Part shown: positions 54,803 through 64,000 of the stretch, piece by piece
How the letters are laid out: every line of letters begins with the position of its first letter
Position numbering within the stretch: position 1 is the first letter of the stretch
DNA from: Escherichia coli
Lineage (GTDB): Bacteria; Pseudomonadota; Gammaproteobacteria; Enterobacterales; Enterobacteriaceae
Reading direction: 5' to 3' (one strand)
DNA: 64,000 nucleotides
Assembly: GCF_016026235.1 (NCBI RefSeq)
Contig: NZ_CP065613.1
Notes under the pieces: model-generated
The model's input: the letters and a program-made list of their open reading frames with translations, nothing else
Databases searched by the model: none
What the model was told of the DNA's origin: nothing
Position numbers and translations under genes: made by a program

Positions 54803-55243
54803 ATGAAACGACTTCTGATTCTTACGGCACTCCTGCCGTTTGTCGGCTTTGCACAGCCCATTAATACTCTGAACAACCCTAACCAGCCGGGGTATCAGAT
54901 CCCCAGTCAGCAGCGGATGCAAACCCAGATGCAGACGCAGCAAATCCAGCAAAAAGGGATGCTGAATCAGCAACTGAAAACGCAAACTCAGTTGCAACAA
55001 CAGCATTTAGAAAACCAGATAAACAATAATTCTCAGCGGGTGTTGCAGTCACCGCCGGGGGAGCGAAATCCCGCCCGGCAGCAAATGCTGCCCAACACCA
55101 ATGGCGGGATGTTAAACAGCAACCGTAATCCGGATAGTTCGTTGAATCAGCAGCATATGTTGCCGGAGAGGAGAAACGGCGACATGCTGAATCAGCCCGG
55201 CACGCCGCAGCCTGATATACCGTTGAAAACTATTGGGCCGTAA
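54803..55243 (+). CDS. yhhA: Gln/Asn-rich secreted protein YhhA
   Basis: 146 aa; signal peptide then Q/N-rich low-complexity sequence. Confidence 0.85.
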   Translation: MKRLLILTALLPFVGFAQPINTLNNPNQPGYQIPSQQRMQTQMQTQQIQQKGMLNQQLKTQTQLQQQHLENQINNNSQRVLQSPPGERNPARQQMLPNTNGGMLNSNRNPDSSLNQQHMLPERRNGDMLNQPGTPQPDIPLKTIGP

Positions 55244-55973
55244 AGTTCGGACCAATCACATCAATCGCATCGGTACAGATGCAATCCACGCCCCAGCGCA
55301 GCAACTCTGCCGCGCGCTGGGGTTTATTGACGGTATAAACCAGAATCCGTAATCCGGCGTCTTTCAACTGCATCACTCGCGCTTTATCGAGCAACTTATG
55401 ATTGAGATGAATAGAGACGCAGCCCAGCCGCGCGGTCAGTTCTCGCCAGTCGTCGCGCCACTCATCCAGCAACAAACCGCGCGGCAGTTCTGGTACTGCC
55501 TGTTGTGCGGCTTCTAAAGCATCAATCTCAAACGATGACAGTAGCGGCGGCATCATACCGGCCCACAGCTCGCGTGCCGCCAGCGCCACCATTTTGCCCG
55601 TTAATGGCCCAGTGCCAGTGGTGGGTTTGATTTCGATATTCGCCATCATCCCATGTTCGCGACAGCGTTCCGCCACCTGCGAAAGCAACGGCAGCGGCTC
55701 ACCTTTAAACGCTTTGCCGTACCAACTGCCTGCATCCACACGTAGTAAATCCTGCCAGTTCAGTTCACCCGCGACGCCCCAGCCGTTGCTGGTACGTTCG
55801 AGATTGTCGTCATGGAGCAGGAAGATTTCGCCATCTTTCGACAACTTCGCGTCAAATTCGATCATCTTATGACCGTATTTTGCCCCGACGTCGATTGCCG
55901 CCAGGGTGTTTTCCGGGGCCAGCTTACCGCCGCCACGATGAGCGACGATGCGGGGATAAGGCCAGTTACTCAT
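55230..55973 (-). CDS. ugpQ: Cytoplasmic glycerophosphodiester phosphodiesterase
   Basis: 247 aa GDPD family; last gene of the ugp operon. Confidence 0.95.
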   Translation of the reverse strand: MSNWPYPRIVAHRGGGKLAPENTLAAIDVGAKYGHKMIEFDAKLSKDGEIFLLHDDNLERTSNGWGVAGELNWQDLLRVDAGSWYGKAFKGEPLPLLSQVAERCREHGMMANIEIKPTTGTGPLTGKMVALAARELWAGMMPPLLSSFEIDALEAAQQAVPELPRGLLLDEWRDDWRELTARLGCVSIHLNHKLLDKARVMQLKDAGLRILVYTVNKPQRAAELLRWGVDCICTDAIDVIGPNFTAQ

Positions 55974-57040
55974 ACTCGTTGTCCTGTTTCACCATCAAAA
56001 AGATGCAGCTGATTTTCCGCCAGATGCAGCCACAGCGTGCTGCCTGCCGTCGGGCGCTCCTGATGCGCCAGTCGCACCACCAGCTTCTGTTCGCCCCAGC
56101 GTCCGTGCGCCAGGTTATCTGCGCCGAGGATCTCTAGCGTGTCCATCACCAGCGGTACGCCGCCTTCTGCCTGCGAGCTTAGCGCAATATGTTCCGGGCG
56201 AATGCCGAGAGTCATTTTACGCCCGGCATACTGACGGTAGCCACCGTTTAGCGGTAGCACGATACCGCCGTCCAGTTCGAAATGCGTGCCTTCGTTATTC
56301 ACGCGGCCTGTCAGCAGATTCATCGCCGGGCTGCCAATAAAACTCGCCACAAACAGGCTGGCGGGCTTTTCGTAGACTTCTACTGGTGTGCCAATCTGTT
56401 CGGCAACGCCGCCGTTCATCACCATTACTCGCTGGGCGAGGGTCATCGCCTCAACCTGATCGTGAGTAACGTAGAGTGATGTCGTTTTCAGGCGACGGTG
56501 CAGCTGTTGCAGTTCAAGACGCATCTGTACGCGCAGCTTGGCATCGAGGTTAGAGAGTGGCTCATCAAACAGGAACACCGCCGGATCGCGCACAATCGCG
56601 CGGCCCATCGCCACACGCTGGCGCTGACCGCCGGAAAGCTCGCGTGGGCGACGTTTGAGCAGGCCGTCCAGCTCCAGAATGCGCGCCGCTTCTTTAACGC
56701 GCTCGGCAATTTGCTGCTTGCCCATGCCGCGAATTTTCAGCCCCCACGCCATGTTTTCTTCGACGCTCATATGCGGATAAAGCGCGTAGTTCTGGAACAC
56801 CATCGCAATCCCGCGATCTTTCGGCTCCATTTCGGTCACCCGCTGGTCGTTGATCCAGATATCGCCTTCCGTCACCCGCTCCAGCCCGGCAACCATGCGC
56901 AGCAGCGTCGATTTCCCGCAGCCAGACGGCCCGACCATCACGATAAATTCGCCATCCGCCACATCAAGGGTCAGCGGTTTAATGACCTGGGTTTTACCAT
57001 CCCAGCTTTTGGTTACTGCCTGTAATTTCAGTCCTGCCAT
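55970..57040 (-). CDS. ugpC: sn-glycerol-3-phosphate ABC transporter ATP-binding protein
   Basis: ORF 55970..57079; start at MAGLKLQAV giving 356 aa; Walker [10 protein letters not shown], signature LSGGQRQR. Confidence 0.95.
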   Translation of the reverse strand: MAGLKLQAVTKSWDGKTQVIKPLTLDVADGEFIVMVGPSGCGKSTLLRMVAGLERVTEGDIWINDQRVTEMEPKDRGIAMVFQNYALYPHMSVEENMAWGLKIRGMGKQQIAERVKEAARILELDGLLKRRPRELSGGQRQRVAMGRAIVRDPAVFLFDEPLSNLDAKLRVQMRLELQQLHRRLKTTSLYVTHDQVEAMTLAQRVMVMNGGVAEQIGTPVEVYEKPASLFVASFIGSPAMNLLTGRVNNEGTHFELDGGIVLPLNGGYRQYAGRKMTLGIRPEHIALSSQAEGGVPLVMDTLEILGADNLAHGRWGEQKLVVRLAHQERPTAGSTLWLHLAENQLHLFDGETGQRV

Positions 57041-57041
57041 C

Positions 57042-57887
57042 TTATTTCTCACTATCGACCAGGCCGCGCACGAAGGCACGCTGCATCACTAAAACAATCA
57101 CCACCGGAGGGATAAGCGTTAACAACATCGCCGCCATCACTGAGTTCCATTCCGTGGTGCCTTCGCCTGTAGCGATCATCCCTTTGATCCCTGCCACGGT
57201 GGTGCCGAGATCCACATCGGTAATAATCAACAACGGCCACAAATACTGGTTCCAGCCGTAAATAAAGGTGATCACAAACAGCGCCGCCAGATTGGTTTTG
57301 GAGAGCGGAAAAACGATGTCGCAAAAGAAACGCATTGGTGACGCGCCGTCGATCCGCGCCGCTTCCACCAGTTCATCCGGCAGCGTCATAAAGAACTGGC
57401 GAAACAGAAACGTGGCGGTCGCCGAGGCCATCAGCGGCAGCGTTAAACCGGCGTAGCTGTCGAGCATCTTCAGGTTGGCGATGACTTCCACCGTCGGGAA
57501 GATACGTACTTCAATCGGCAGCATCAGGGTGATAAAAATCATCCAGAAGAAGAGGTTACGTAGCGGAAAACGAAACCAGACAATGGCAAATGCCGAGAGC
57601 ATCGAGACGGTAATTTTGCCGAGCGTAATGCTGAACGCCATCACAAAGCTGTTAAGCAACATCTGCCAGAACGGCGCGCTATTCGTGCCTACCCCGTTTA
57701 CCCAGATGTTGTGGATGTTTTCCAGCAGATGCGTGCCGGGGATTAGCGTCATCGGCGCGGCGTAGACGGCTTGTTTATCCAGCGTCGCCGCGACAAACGC
57801 CACGTACAGCGGGAAGAGGATCACCGCGATCCCGAGGATCAGCATGGTATGGCTGAATATTGTCAGCCACGGACGGTTTTCAATCAT
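57042..57887 (-). CDS. ugpE: sn-glycerol-3-phosphate ABC transporter permease
   Basis: 281-aa polytopic permease. Confidence 0.95.
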   Translation of the reverse strand: MIENRPWLTIFSHTMLILGIAVILFPLYVAFVAATLDKQAVYAAPMTLIPGTHLLENIHNIWVNGVGTNSAPFWQMLLNSFVMAFSITLGKITVSMLSAFAIVWFRFPLRNLFFWMIFITLMLPIEVRIFPTVEVIANLKMLDSYAGLTLPLMASATATFLFRQFFMTLPDELVEAARIDGASPMRFFCDIVFPLSKTNLAALFVITFIYGWNQYLWPLLIITDVDLGTTVAGIKGMIATGEGTTEWNSVMAAMLLTLIPPVVIVLVMQRAFVRGLVDSEK

Positions 57888-58771
57888 TGGTAACGCACCT
57901 TGCTTTCAACATAGCGGAACTGCACCACCGTCAGCACGATGACGAGGAACATCAACACCACCGACTGTGCGGCAGACGAAGCCAGATCCAGTCCGGTAAA
58001 GCCTTCGCGGTAGATCTTATAAATCAGCGTCGTGGTGGCCTGAACCGGCCCGCCGGACGTGGCGGCGTCGATCACCGGGAAGGTGTCGAAGAAGGCATAC
58101 ACCAGGTTCACTACCAGCAGGAAGAAACTCACCGGGGCGATAAGCGGCAGCGCAATCTTAAAGAAGCGGCGAATCGGCCCTGCACCGTCGATGGCTGCGG
58201 CTTCGATCAACGAACGGGGAATGGATTGCAGCGCGGCATAGAAGAACAGGAAGTTGTAGCTGATTTGCTTCCATACTGAGGCAAACACCACCAGAAACAT
58301 TGCCTGACCGCTGTTTTGCGCGTGGTTCCAGTCGTAGCCGAACTCAGCGAGAAAATGGGTGATCAGCCCGCGACCGGGGTTAAACAGGAAGATCCACAAT
58401 ACGGCGGCAACGGCGGGAGCCACGGCATACGGCAGCAGCATCAAGGTTTGATAGAAACGACTGCCGCGCACGATGTACTCCACCAGCGCCGCAAAGAACA
58501 GCGATACCAGCAAACCGCTGACGGTGACAAAGGTGCTGAATTTTATCGTCGTCCAGAAGGAGTCGATATAGTAGCTGTCATGAAACAGCGCGACGAAGTT
58601 ATCCAGGCCGACAAACTGGCTGGAGAAACCAAACGGATCGACGCTTTGCAGCGAGTACCACAACGCTTCGCCCGCAGGCCAGATAAAAAAGATAACGGTG
58701 ATGATGAGCTGCGGCGCGACCAGCAGATAAGGCAGCCAGCGCGAGCGGAACACCGGACGGGATGATGACAT
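57884..58771 (-). CDS. ugpA: sn-glycerol-3-phosphate ABC transporter permease
   Basis: 295-aa polytopic permease; 4-nt overlap with ugpE. Confidence 0.95.
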   Translation of the reverse strand: MSSSRPVFRSRWLPYLLVAPQLIITVIFFIWPAGEALWYSLQSVDPFGFSSQFVGLDNFVALFHDSYYIDSFWTTIKFSTFVTVSGLLVSLFFAALVEYIVRGSRFYQTLMLLPYAVAPAVAAVLWIFLFNPGRGLITHFLAEFGYDWNHAQNSGQAMFLVVFASVWKQISYNFLFFYAALQSIPRSLIEAAAIDGAGPIRRFFKIALPLIAPVSFFLLVVNLVYAFFDTFPVIDAATSGGPVQATTTLIYKIYREGFTGLDLASSAAQSVVLMFLVIVLTVVQFRYVESKVRYQ

Positions 58772-58868
58772 TACGGTTAATTCCTGAACTGTGCCGAATG
58801 CGCTTCGCTTATCCGGCCTACACGCGATGCCAGGTCAGATAAGCGAAACGCATCCGACATTACACTGA

Positions 58869-60186
58869 TTAAGACTTCGTCGATTTCTCAAAGCGGCGCA
58901 GCAACTGATTTCCACGCTCAACGGCGGTATCCAGTGCCTGCTGTGGTGTCTTCTTACCGGTCCACACGCTCTCCAGCTCTTCATCCACAATCACGCGGAT
59001 CTGCGGCATGTTGCCCAGACGCAGTCCTTTGGTGAACGGCAACGGCGGCTTATTCAGCATCTGACGCGTCGCGGTATCCGCCCCTGGGTTTTTCTCATAA
59101 AAGCCCTGCTCACGGGTCAGGTCATACGCTGCTTTGGTGATTGGCAGATAACCGGTTTTCTGATGCCACTCGGCAGCGTTTTCTGGCTTCGCGAGGAAGT
59201 CGAGGAACTTCGCCACGCCGGTATACGTTTCTTTATCTTTGCCCTGCATCACCCACAGGCTGGCCCCGCCGATAATGGCGTTTTGCGGTGCATCTTTCGC
59301 ATCGGCGTCGTAAGGCATCATGCCTACGCCATAGTTAAATTTGGCGTACTCACGAATATTAGCGAGAGAACCGGAAGAGGCGGTGGTCATCGCGCAATCA
59401 CCGTTATAGAACTTCTCGGTGGATTCATCCTTACGCCCGACGTAGCTGAAATCGCCCTTCTTGTTCATCTCTTCGAGCATGGCGATGTGTTTCACCTGCT
59501 CCGGCTTGTTGAACTCCAGCACCGCATCCGTGCCGTCAAAGCCGTTGTTTTTGCTGGCAAACGGCAGACCGTTCCAGGCGCTAAAGTTTTCCAGTTGGAT
59601 CCAGCCCTGCCAGCCGCTGGCGTAGCCGCACTTCATACCGGAGGCTTTCAGTTTTGCAGAATAGTCCGCCAGATCCTGCCAGGTTTTCGGCGGCTGTTCC
59701 GGGTCTAATCCTGCTTTCTTGAAGGCGTCTTTGTTGTAATAGAGAACGGGGGTCGAGCTGTTGAATGGCTGGGAGAGTAAGTGGCCCGTTTTGCTGTCGG
59801 AGTAGTAACCGGAAACCGTCGGCACAAACTGCGACTCATCGAATTGAATCCCCGCCTCTTTAAACACGTCATATACCGGTTTAATGGCTTTCGACGCCAT
59901 CATGGTGGCGGTGCCAACTTCATAAACCTGCAAAATAGCCGGAGCATTGCCGGTACGAAATGCGGCAATCCCCGCGCTTAAATTCTGTTCGTAGTTGCCT
60001 TTATAGGTCGGTACAATTTTGTAATCCGGGTTTTCGGCGTTAAAACGTTGGGCCAGAGAATCCACCTCTTTACCCAGTTCCCCTTCCATAGAATGCCAGA
60101 ACGGAATGGTCGTCACTGCCTGTGCATTCCCCATTAACGCCAGTCCGAGCGCCAGTGCTGAAGCTGTATAATGTATACGGTTTCAT
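58869..60186 (-). pseudogene. ugpB: sn-glycerol-3-phosphate periplasmic binding protein UgpB with apparent +1 frameshift in codons 4-5 (signal-peptide region)
   Basis: Mature-protein ORF (58869..60134) begins [14 protein letters not shown]; the native-type ATG at 60186..60184 (MKP...) is 52 nt upstream, not a multiple of 3; signal-peptide residues (I)[13 protein letters not shown] are encoded in the mature frame but preceded by TGA; the ATG frame ends after about 37 codons. Confidence 0.75.
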
Positions 60187-60279
60187 CGTTTATCTCTCTT
60201 GTTGTACCGAATGCGCGAATTCACGCGTTTTATGCTCGCGGGGTAACATGACATGCTCGAATTACAGAAAAATAACTTT

Positions 60280-60330
60280 TTTGTTACATTTGTAAGATAG
60301 TAAGGTGTCAGAAAGATGACAAGGCGGTGA
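60280..60330 (-). promoter_or_regulatory. ugp promoter region with Pho-box-like repeat (TTGTCATCTTTCTGACAC)
   Basis: Minus-strand 7-4-7 motif close to the PhoB box consensus CTGTCAT-N4-CTGTCAC upstream of ugpB. Confidence 0.5.
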
Positions 60331-60545
60331 CGGTACGGGTGAGGGAAAATGGGAGATGGGGCACGGATATCCCGAGAATGCACTGAAAAGAGGCGATTAA
60401 CGGCCAGCTAATCGCCAGAACTCCTTACCATGAAGAGCAAAAATGGCAGCAAATTCTGCGTCCAGTTTTGCTGCCCGATGAGAGCTACATTTTTCAATTT
60501 TAACAAAAGATTGCCGCGACACTGGTCTAACGGCAAAGAAGATTT

Positions 60546-61292
60546 TCATTGCACCACACTCTGCTTCAGCCGTTCATTGGCGGTCTTAATCCATTCCCGG
60601 TGGTGTTTTCTATAATGAGGTCTTGAGCGTTTAGCCGTATCAACTACAGCAACATACTGCTCGTTGGCTTCACGTAACCGACTCATTTTCGCCAACATTT
60701 CCGCATAGTAAATACGCGCCTGCGGGCCGGGGTAATAAGAAATCAATACTTCAAACTCGCTTTCCGCATCAGCGTATTTTTCTTGTGCGGCTAACGTTCT
60801 GGCAAATAACAAATGCCCGTCTGCCGACTGAAAATCAGGGTTATAACGCATCACATCTTCCAGCGTCTGCTGACAGGCGGCGAACTCCTGAATAGCAAAC
60901 TGTGCCTGCGCCAGGCTTAGCATCATTGCCGCTTCATGGGCGAATATCCCGCTTAACGCCTGCTGATAATGGGGAACAGCTTCGTGATAACGCCCCAGAC
61001 GCGCCAGTTCATTAGCCAACGCATAATGGTTTTGATTCGTCTCGGCAATCGCCAGTTCTTCGGTTAATTTGCGCAGGTGGCGCTCAGGGTTGAGTTTGTC
61101 CTGCAGGCGCATCAGCAAAGTATGCCCGTGACGGTCAGCGCCCGTTTCAGGCAGCATCACTATGACGAAATACGCCACGCAGCCAATCACCGGAAAACAG
61201 AAAATGATAAAAATCCAGTACCGCTCTTGTCCGGTACGGTAAGCGTGAATACAGCAAAGCAGTTCAAGCATGACAACAACGGCATAATGCAT
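60546..61292 (-). CDS. Hypothetical protein: N-terminal two-helix membrane anchor followed by TPR-like helical repeats
   Basis: 248-aa ORF; hydrophobic N-terminus (VVVMLELLCC...IFIIFCFPVIGCVAYFVIVML), then helical repeat region (YHEAVPHYQQAL, YADAESEFEVLISYY, AEMLAKMS); typical E. coli codon usage. Confidence 0.5.
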   Translation of the reverse strand: MHYAVVVMLELLCCIHAYRTGQERYWIFIIFCFPVIGCVAYFVIVMLPETGADRHGHTLLMRLQDKLNPERHLRKLTEELAIAETNQNHYALANELARLGRYHEAVPHYQQALSGIFAHEAAMMLSLAQAQFAIQEFAACQQTLEDVMRYNPDFQSADGHLLFARTLAAQEKYADAESEFEVLISYYPGPQARIYYAEMLAKMSRLREANEQYVAVVDTAKRSRPHYRKHHREWIKTANERLKQSVVQ

Positions 61293-61410
61293 GGGAGGGA
61301 ACCTTTCCGTGGCAAATAAGTGGTCTGGTTTTAATCCTCCCGGTCAGTTGAAACAAGTCTGTATACGGACGAATACCCCGGCAGAACTTAGCTGCTGGGT
61401 TATCGATAAT

Positions 61411-62124
61411 TTACCCGCCTAAATACGCACTTCTCACTGCTTCGTTCGCCAGCAGCGCATCACCAGTATCGGAGAGCACAACATGGCCGTTTTCCAGCAC
61501 GTAGCCGCGATCAGCGAGCTTCAGCGCCTGGTTGGCGTTCTGCTCGACGAGGAAGATAGTCATCCCCTGCTCGCGCAGCTGCTCGATGGTGTCGAAAATT
61601 TGCTGGATGATAATCGGCGCAAGACCGAGCGATGGCTCATCAAGCAACAACAAACGCGGATTGCTCATCAGCGCGCGACCAATCGCCAGCATCTGCTGTT
61701 CACCGCCGGACATGGTGCCTGCCCGCTGAACACGACGCTCATGAAGACGTGGAAACAGCTCATACACCCACTTTATGCGCTCCTGAAACTGATCACGTTC
61801 GGCAAAAAAGCCGCCCATCGCCAGGTTCTCTTCCACCGTCATCCGCGAGAAGACGCGACGCCCTTCCGGGACAATCGCTACCGCTTCGCGCATGATTCTC
61901 GCCGTCTGCCAGTCGGTAATGTCTTTATCATCAAACACAATTCGCCCGCTGGTGGCGCGCGGATCGCCGCATAACGTGCCGAGCAAGGTGGTTTTCCCCG
62001 CCCCGTTCGCGCCAATCAGCGTGACAATCTCGCCCTGATTGATATGCAGGCTCACCTCATGCAGCGCCTGGATTTTGCCGTAGTGGGCGCTGACTTTGTC
62101 AAAGGACAACATGACTTTTTCCAT
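61411..62124 (-). CDS. livF: Branched-chain amino acid ABC transporter ATP-binding protein
   Basis: ORF 61411..62136; start at MEKVMLSFDKV giving 237 aa; Walker A GANGAGKTT. Confidence 0.95.
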   Translation of the reverse strand: MEKVMLSFDKVSAHYGKIQALHEVSLHINQGEIVTLIGANGAGKTTLLGTLCGDPRATSGRIVFDDKDITDWQTARIMREAVAIVPEGRRVFSRMTVEENLAMGGFFAERDQFQERIKWVYELFPRLHERRVQRAGTMSGGEQQMLAIGRALMSNPRLLLLDEPSLGLAPIIIQQIFDTIEQLREQGMTIFLVEQNANQALKLADRGYVLENGHVVLSDTGDALLANEAVRSAYLGG

Positions 62125-62125
62125 C

Positions 62126-62893
62126 TTATGCTTCACCTAAATAGGCACGGATCACGTCCGGGTTATTACGGATTTGCTCCGGCGTACCGTTTGCCAGCGG
62201 CGTCCCCTGATTGACCACGTAAATTCGGTCCGAAATTCCCATCACCAGCTTCATATCGTGTTCAATCAACAAGATAGTGGTGTTGTGATGATTGCGCAGT
62301 TCGGCAATCAGCTCATCCAGCTCTTTCGTTTCTTTCGGGTTAAGACCTGCCGCAGGTTCGTCGAGCATTAAAATCTCCGGCTGCGTCACCATGCAGCGGG
62401 CGATCTCCAGACGGCGCTGGTCACCGTAGGCCAGGTTGCTCGCCTGGCGGTTGGCGTGTTCCAGCAAACCAATGCGCTCAAGCCAGGTGGCGGCGCGGTC
62501 GAGCGCTTCACTTTGGGCGCGACGGAAAGACGGCGTTTTCAACAGGCCTGAGAACAGCCCGGTTTTCAGTTGCTGATGCTGCGCCACCAGCAGGTTTTCA
62601 ATTACCGTCATTTCACGGAACAGACGCACATGCTGGAAGGTACGCACCACGCCCATGCGGGCGATTTGCTGCCCCGGCAAACCCTCCAGATGCTGATCGC
62701 GCAGTAAAATAGTGCCGCCGGTGGGTTTGTAGAATCCGGTCAGGCAGTTGAAGACCGTCGTTTTTCCGGCACCGTTAGGGCCGATTAACGAGACGATCTC
62801 CTGCGGGTACAGTTCGAGATTGACGTTGTTCACCGCCAGCAGGCCGCCGAAGCGCATCATCAGGCCGTTAACAGATAATAATGGCTGACTCAT
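62126..62893 (-). CDS. livG: Branched-chain amino acid ABC transporter ATP-binding protein
   Basis: 255 aa; Walker [10 protein letters not shown]. Confidence 0.95.
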   Translation of the reverse strand: MSQPLLSVNGLMMRFGGLLAVNNVNLELYPQEIVSLIGPNGAGKTTVFNCLTGFYKPTGGTILLRDQHLEGLPGQQIARMGVVRTFQHVRLFREMTVIENLLVAQHQQLKTGLFSGLLKTPSFRRAQSEALDRAATWLERIGLLEHANRQASNLAYGDQRRLEIARCMVTQPEILMLDEPAAGLNPKETKELDELIAELRNHHNTTILLIEHDMKLVMGISDRIYVVNQGTPLANGTPEQIRNNPDVIRAYLGEA

Positions 62894-64000
62894 GCCTGCT
62901 CTCCTTTCGCTGCGCCGTTTTTCAGCTTCAGTTGCGGGCGCGTCATGGGCAGCAAGCCCTGCGGACGCCAGATCATCATCAGCACCATCAAACCACCGAG
63001 CATTAACATGCTGTATTCGTTGAAATCACGCATCAATTCGCGCGATACCACCAGCAAAATTGCCGCCAGAATCACCGCAAACTGCGATCCCATACCGCCG
63101 AGCACCACTATCGCCAGTACAAAGGCTGATTCGGCAAAGGTGAAGGATTCCGGGCTGACAAAGCCCTGGCGCGCAGCAAACAGCGTTCCGGCAAAACCGG
63201 CAAACGCGGCACTGATGGTAAAAGCGGTCAGCTTGATACGACGCGGGCTTAAGCCCAGCGAACGGCAGGCGATCTCATCTTCACGCAACGCTTCCCACGC
63301 ACGCCCCAGCGGCATCCGCAGCAGGCGGTTAATGACAAACAGGCTTAGTACCACCAGCAGCAACGCCACCAGATACAGGAAGATGACGCGATCGGAGGGA
63401 TCGTATTTCAGGCCAAAGAAATTACTGAACGTGTCCCAACCGCCTTCACGGGCGGTACGGCTGAACTCAAGGCCGAAGAAAGTCGGTTTCGGGATCTGAC
63501 TGATTCCGTTCGGGCCGCCGGTAATTTCGGTGTTATTGAGCAGCAATATGCGCACAATCTCGCCGAAGCCGAGGGTAACGATCGCCAGATAATCACCACG
63601 CAGACGCAGCACCGGAAAGCCGAGCAGGAAGCCCGCCGCCGCTGCCATTAACCCGGCAATCGGCAGACAAGTCCAGAAGCCCAAGCCGTAATAGTGATTG
63701 AGCAGCGCAAAGGTGTAAGCGCCGATGGCGTAAAAACCGCCGTACCCCAGCACCAGCAGACCAGAAAGACCAACAACCACATTCAGCCCGAGACCGAGGA
63801 TAATGTAGATCATGGTCAGAGTGGCGATATCCACCGTCCCACGTGACACCATAAACGGCCACGCCACCGCAAGCACCAGCAGCGCCACGAGGAACAGTTT
63901 CTGCTTCACCGTGGACCCATCAATCGCAGGCAGAATAAACTTCGGCCTGGAAACGCTTTTTAGCCCTTTCTGGAAAGCAGGTCGCAAAAGCTGGAAGAAA
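62890..64000 (-). CDS. livM: Branched-chain amino acid ABC transporter permease (5' end beyond window)
   Basis: Polytopic permease frame open to the window edge; 4-nt overlap with livG. Confidence 0.9.
   Translation of the reverse strand, partial: FFQLLRPAFQKGLKSVSRPKFILPAIDGSTVKQKLFLVALLVLAVAWPFMVSRGTVDIATLTMIYIILGLGLNVVVGLSGLLVLGYGGFYAIGAYTFALLNHYYGLGFWTCLPIAGLMAAAAGFLLGFPVLRLRGDYLAIVTLGFGEIVRILLLNNTEITGGPNGISQIPKPTFFGLEFSRTAREGGWDTFSNFFGLKYDPSDRVIFLYLVALLLVVLSLFVINRLLRMPLGRAWEALREDEIACRSLGLSPRRIKLTAFTISAAFAGFAGTLFAARQGFVSPESFTFAESAFVLAIVVLGGMGSQFAVILAAILLVVSRELMRDFNEYSMLMLGGLMVLMMIWRPQGLLPMTRPQLKLKNGAAKGEQA

Noticed and set aside
60430-60615. 61-aa plus-strand ORF in the ugpB upstream region
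   Set aside because: Overlaps the 3' end of the minus-strand TPR-like ORF and the ugp promoter region; no ribosome-binding site noted; likely spurious.

Overview
The window is an Escherichia coli-type chromosomal segment syntenic with the K-12 76-77 min region: tex(3' end)-feoABC-rpnA(yhgA)-bioH-gntX-nfuA-gntT-malQP/malT-rtcAB/rtcR-glpR-glpG-glpE/glpD-glgPACXB-asd-yhgN-gntUKR-yhhW-yhhX-ryhB-yhhY-yhhZ-yrhA-yrhB-ggt-yhhA-ugpQCEAB-livFGM(partial). Gene identities were assigned by reading the supplied ORF translations and recalling the protein families; no database search was run. Against this conserved backbone, several segments stand out. (1) Between yhgN and gntU there is a translationally coupled two-gene module: a RecQ-family helicase fused to a ComF-type phosphoribosyltransferase-like domain, followed by a DprA/Smf-like protein. 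It resembles, but is not identical to, DprA-PRTase-type antiphage systems and is the best candidate for an undescribed system. (2) Between glpD and glgP there is a tightly packed four-gene operon (membrane-anchored PstS-like binding protein, two Cys-rich soluble proteins with no family I recognise, and a small polytopic membrane protein). An IS4 copy with a 12-bp target duplication sits immediately upstream of it, inserted into the glgP terminator hairpin. (3) An AT-rich Hcp-HNH toxin (yhhZ) and immunity (yrhA) cassette appears intact, without the IS1 that I recall interrupting it in K-12. (4) Three apparent gene lesions are visible: an in-frame TAG in glpR, a +1 frameshift in the signal-peptide region of ugpB, and a TGA at codon 9 of the K-12-annotated gntX frame. 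(5) A 248-aa membrane/TPR-like ORF lies between ugpB and livF, where I do not recall a gene in K-12. No rRNA, tRNA or CRISPR array was seen.
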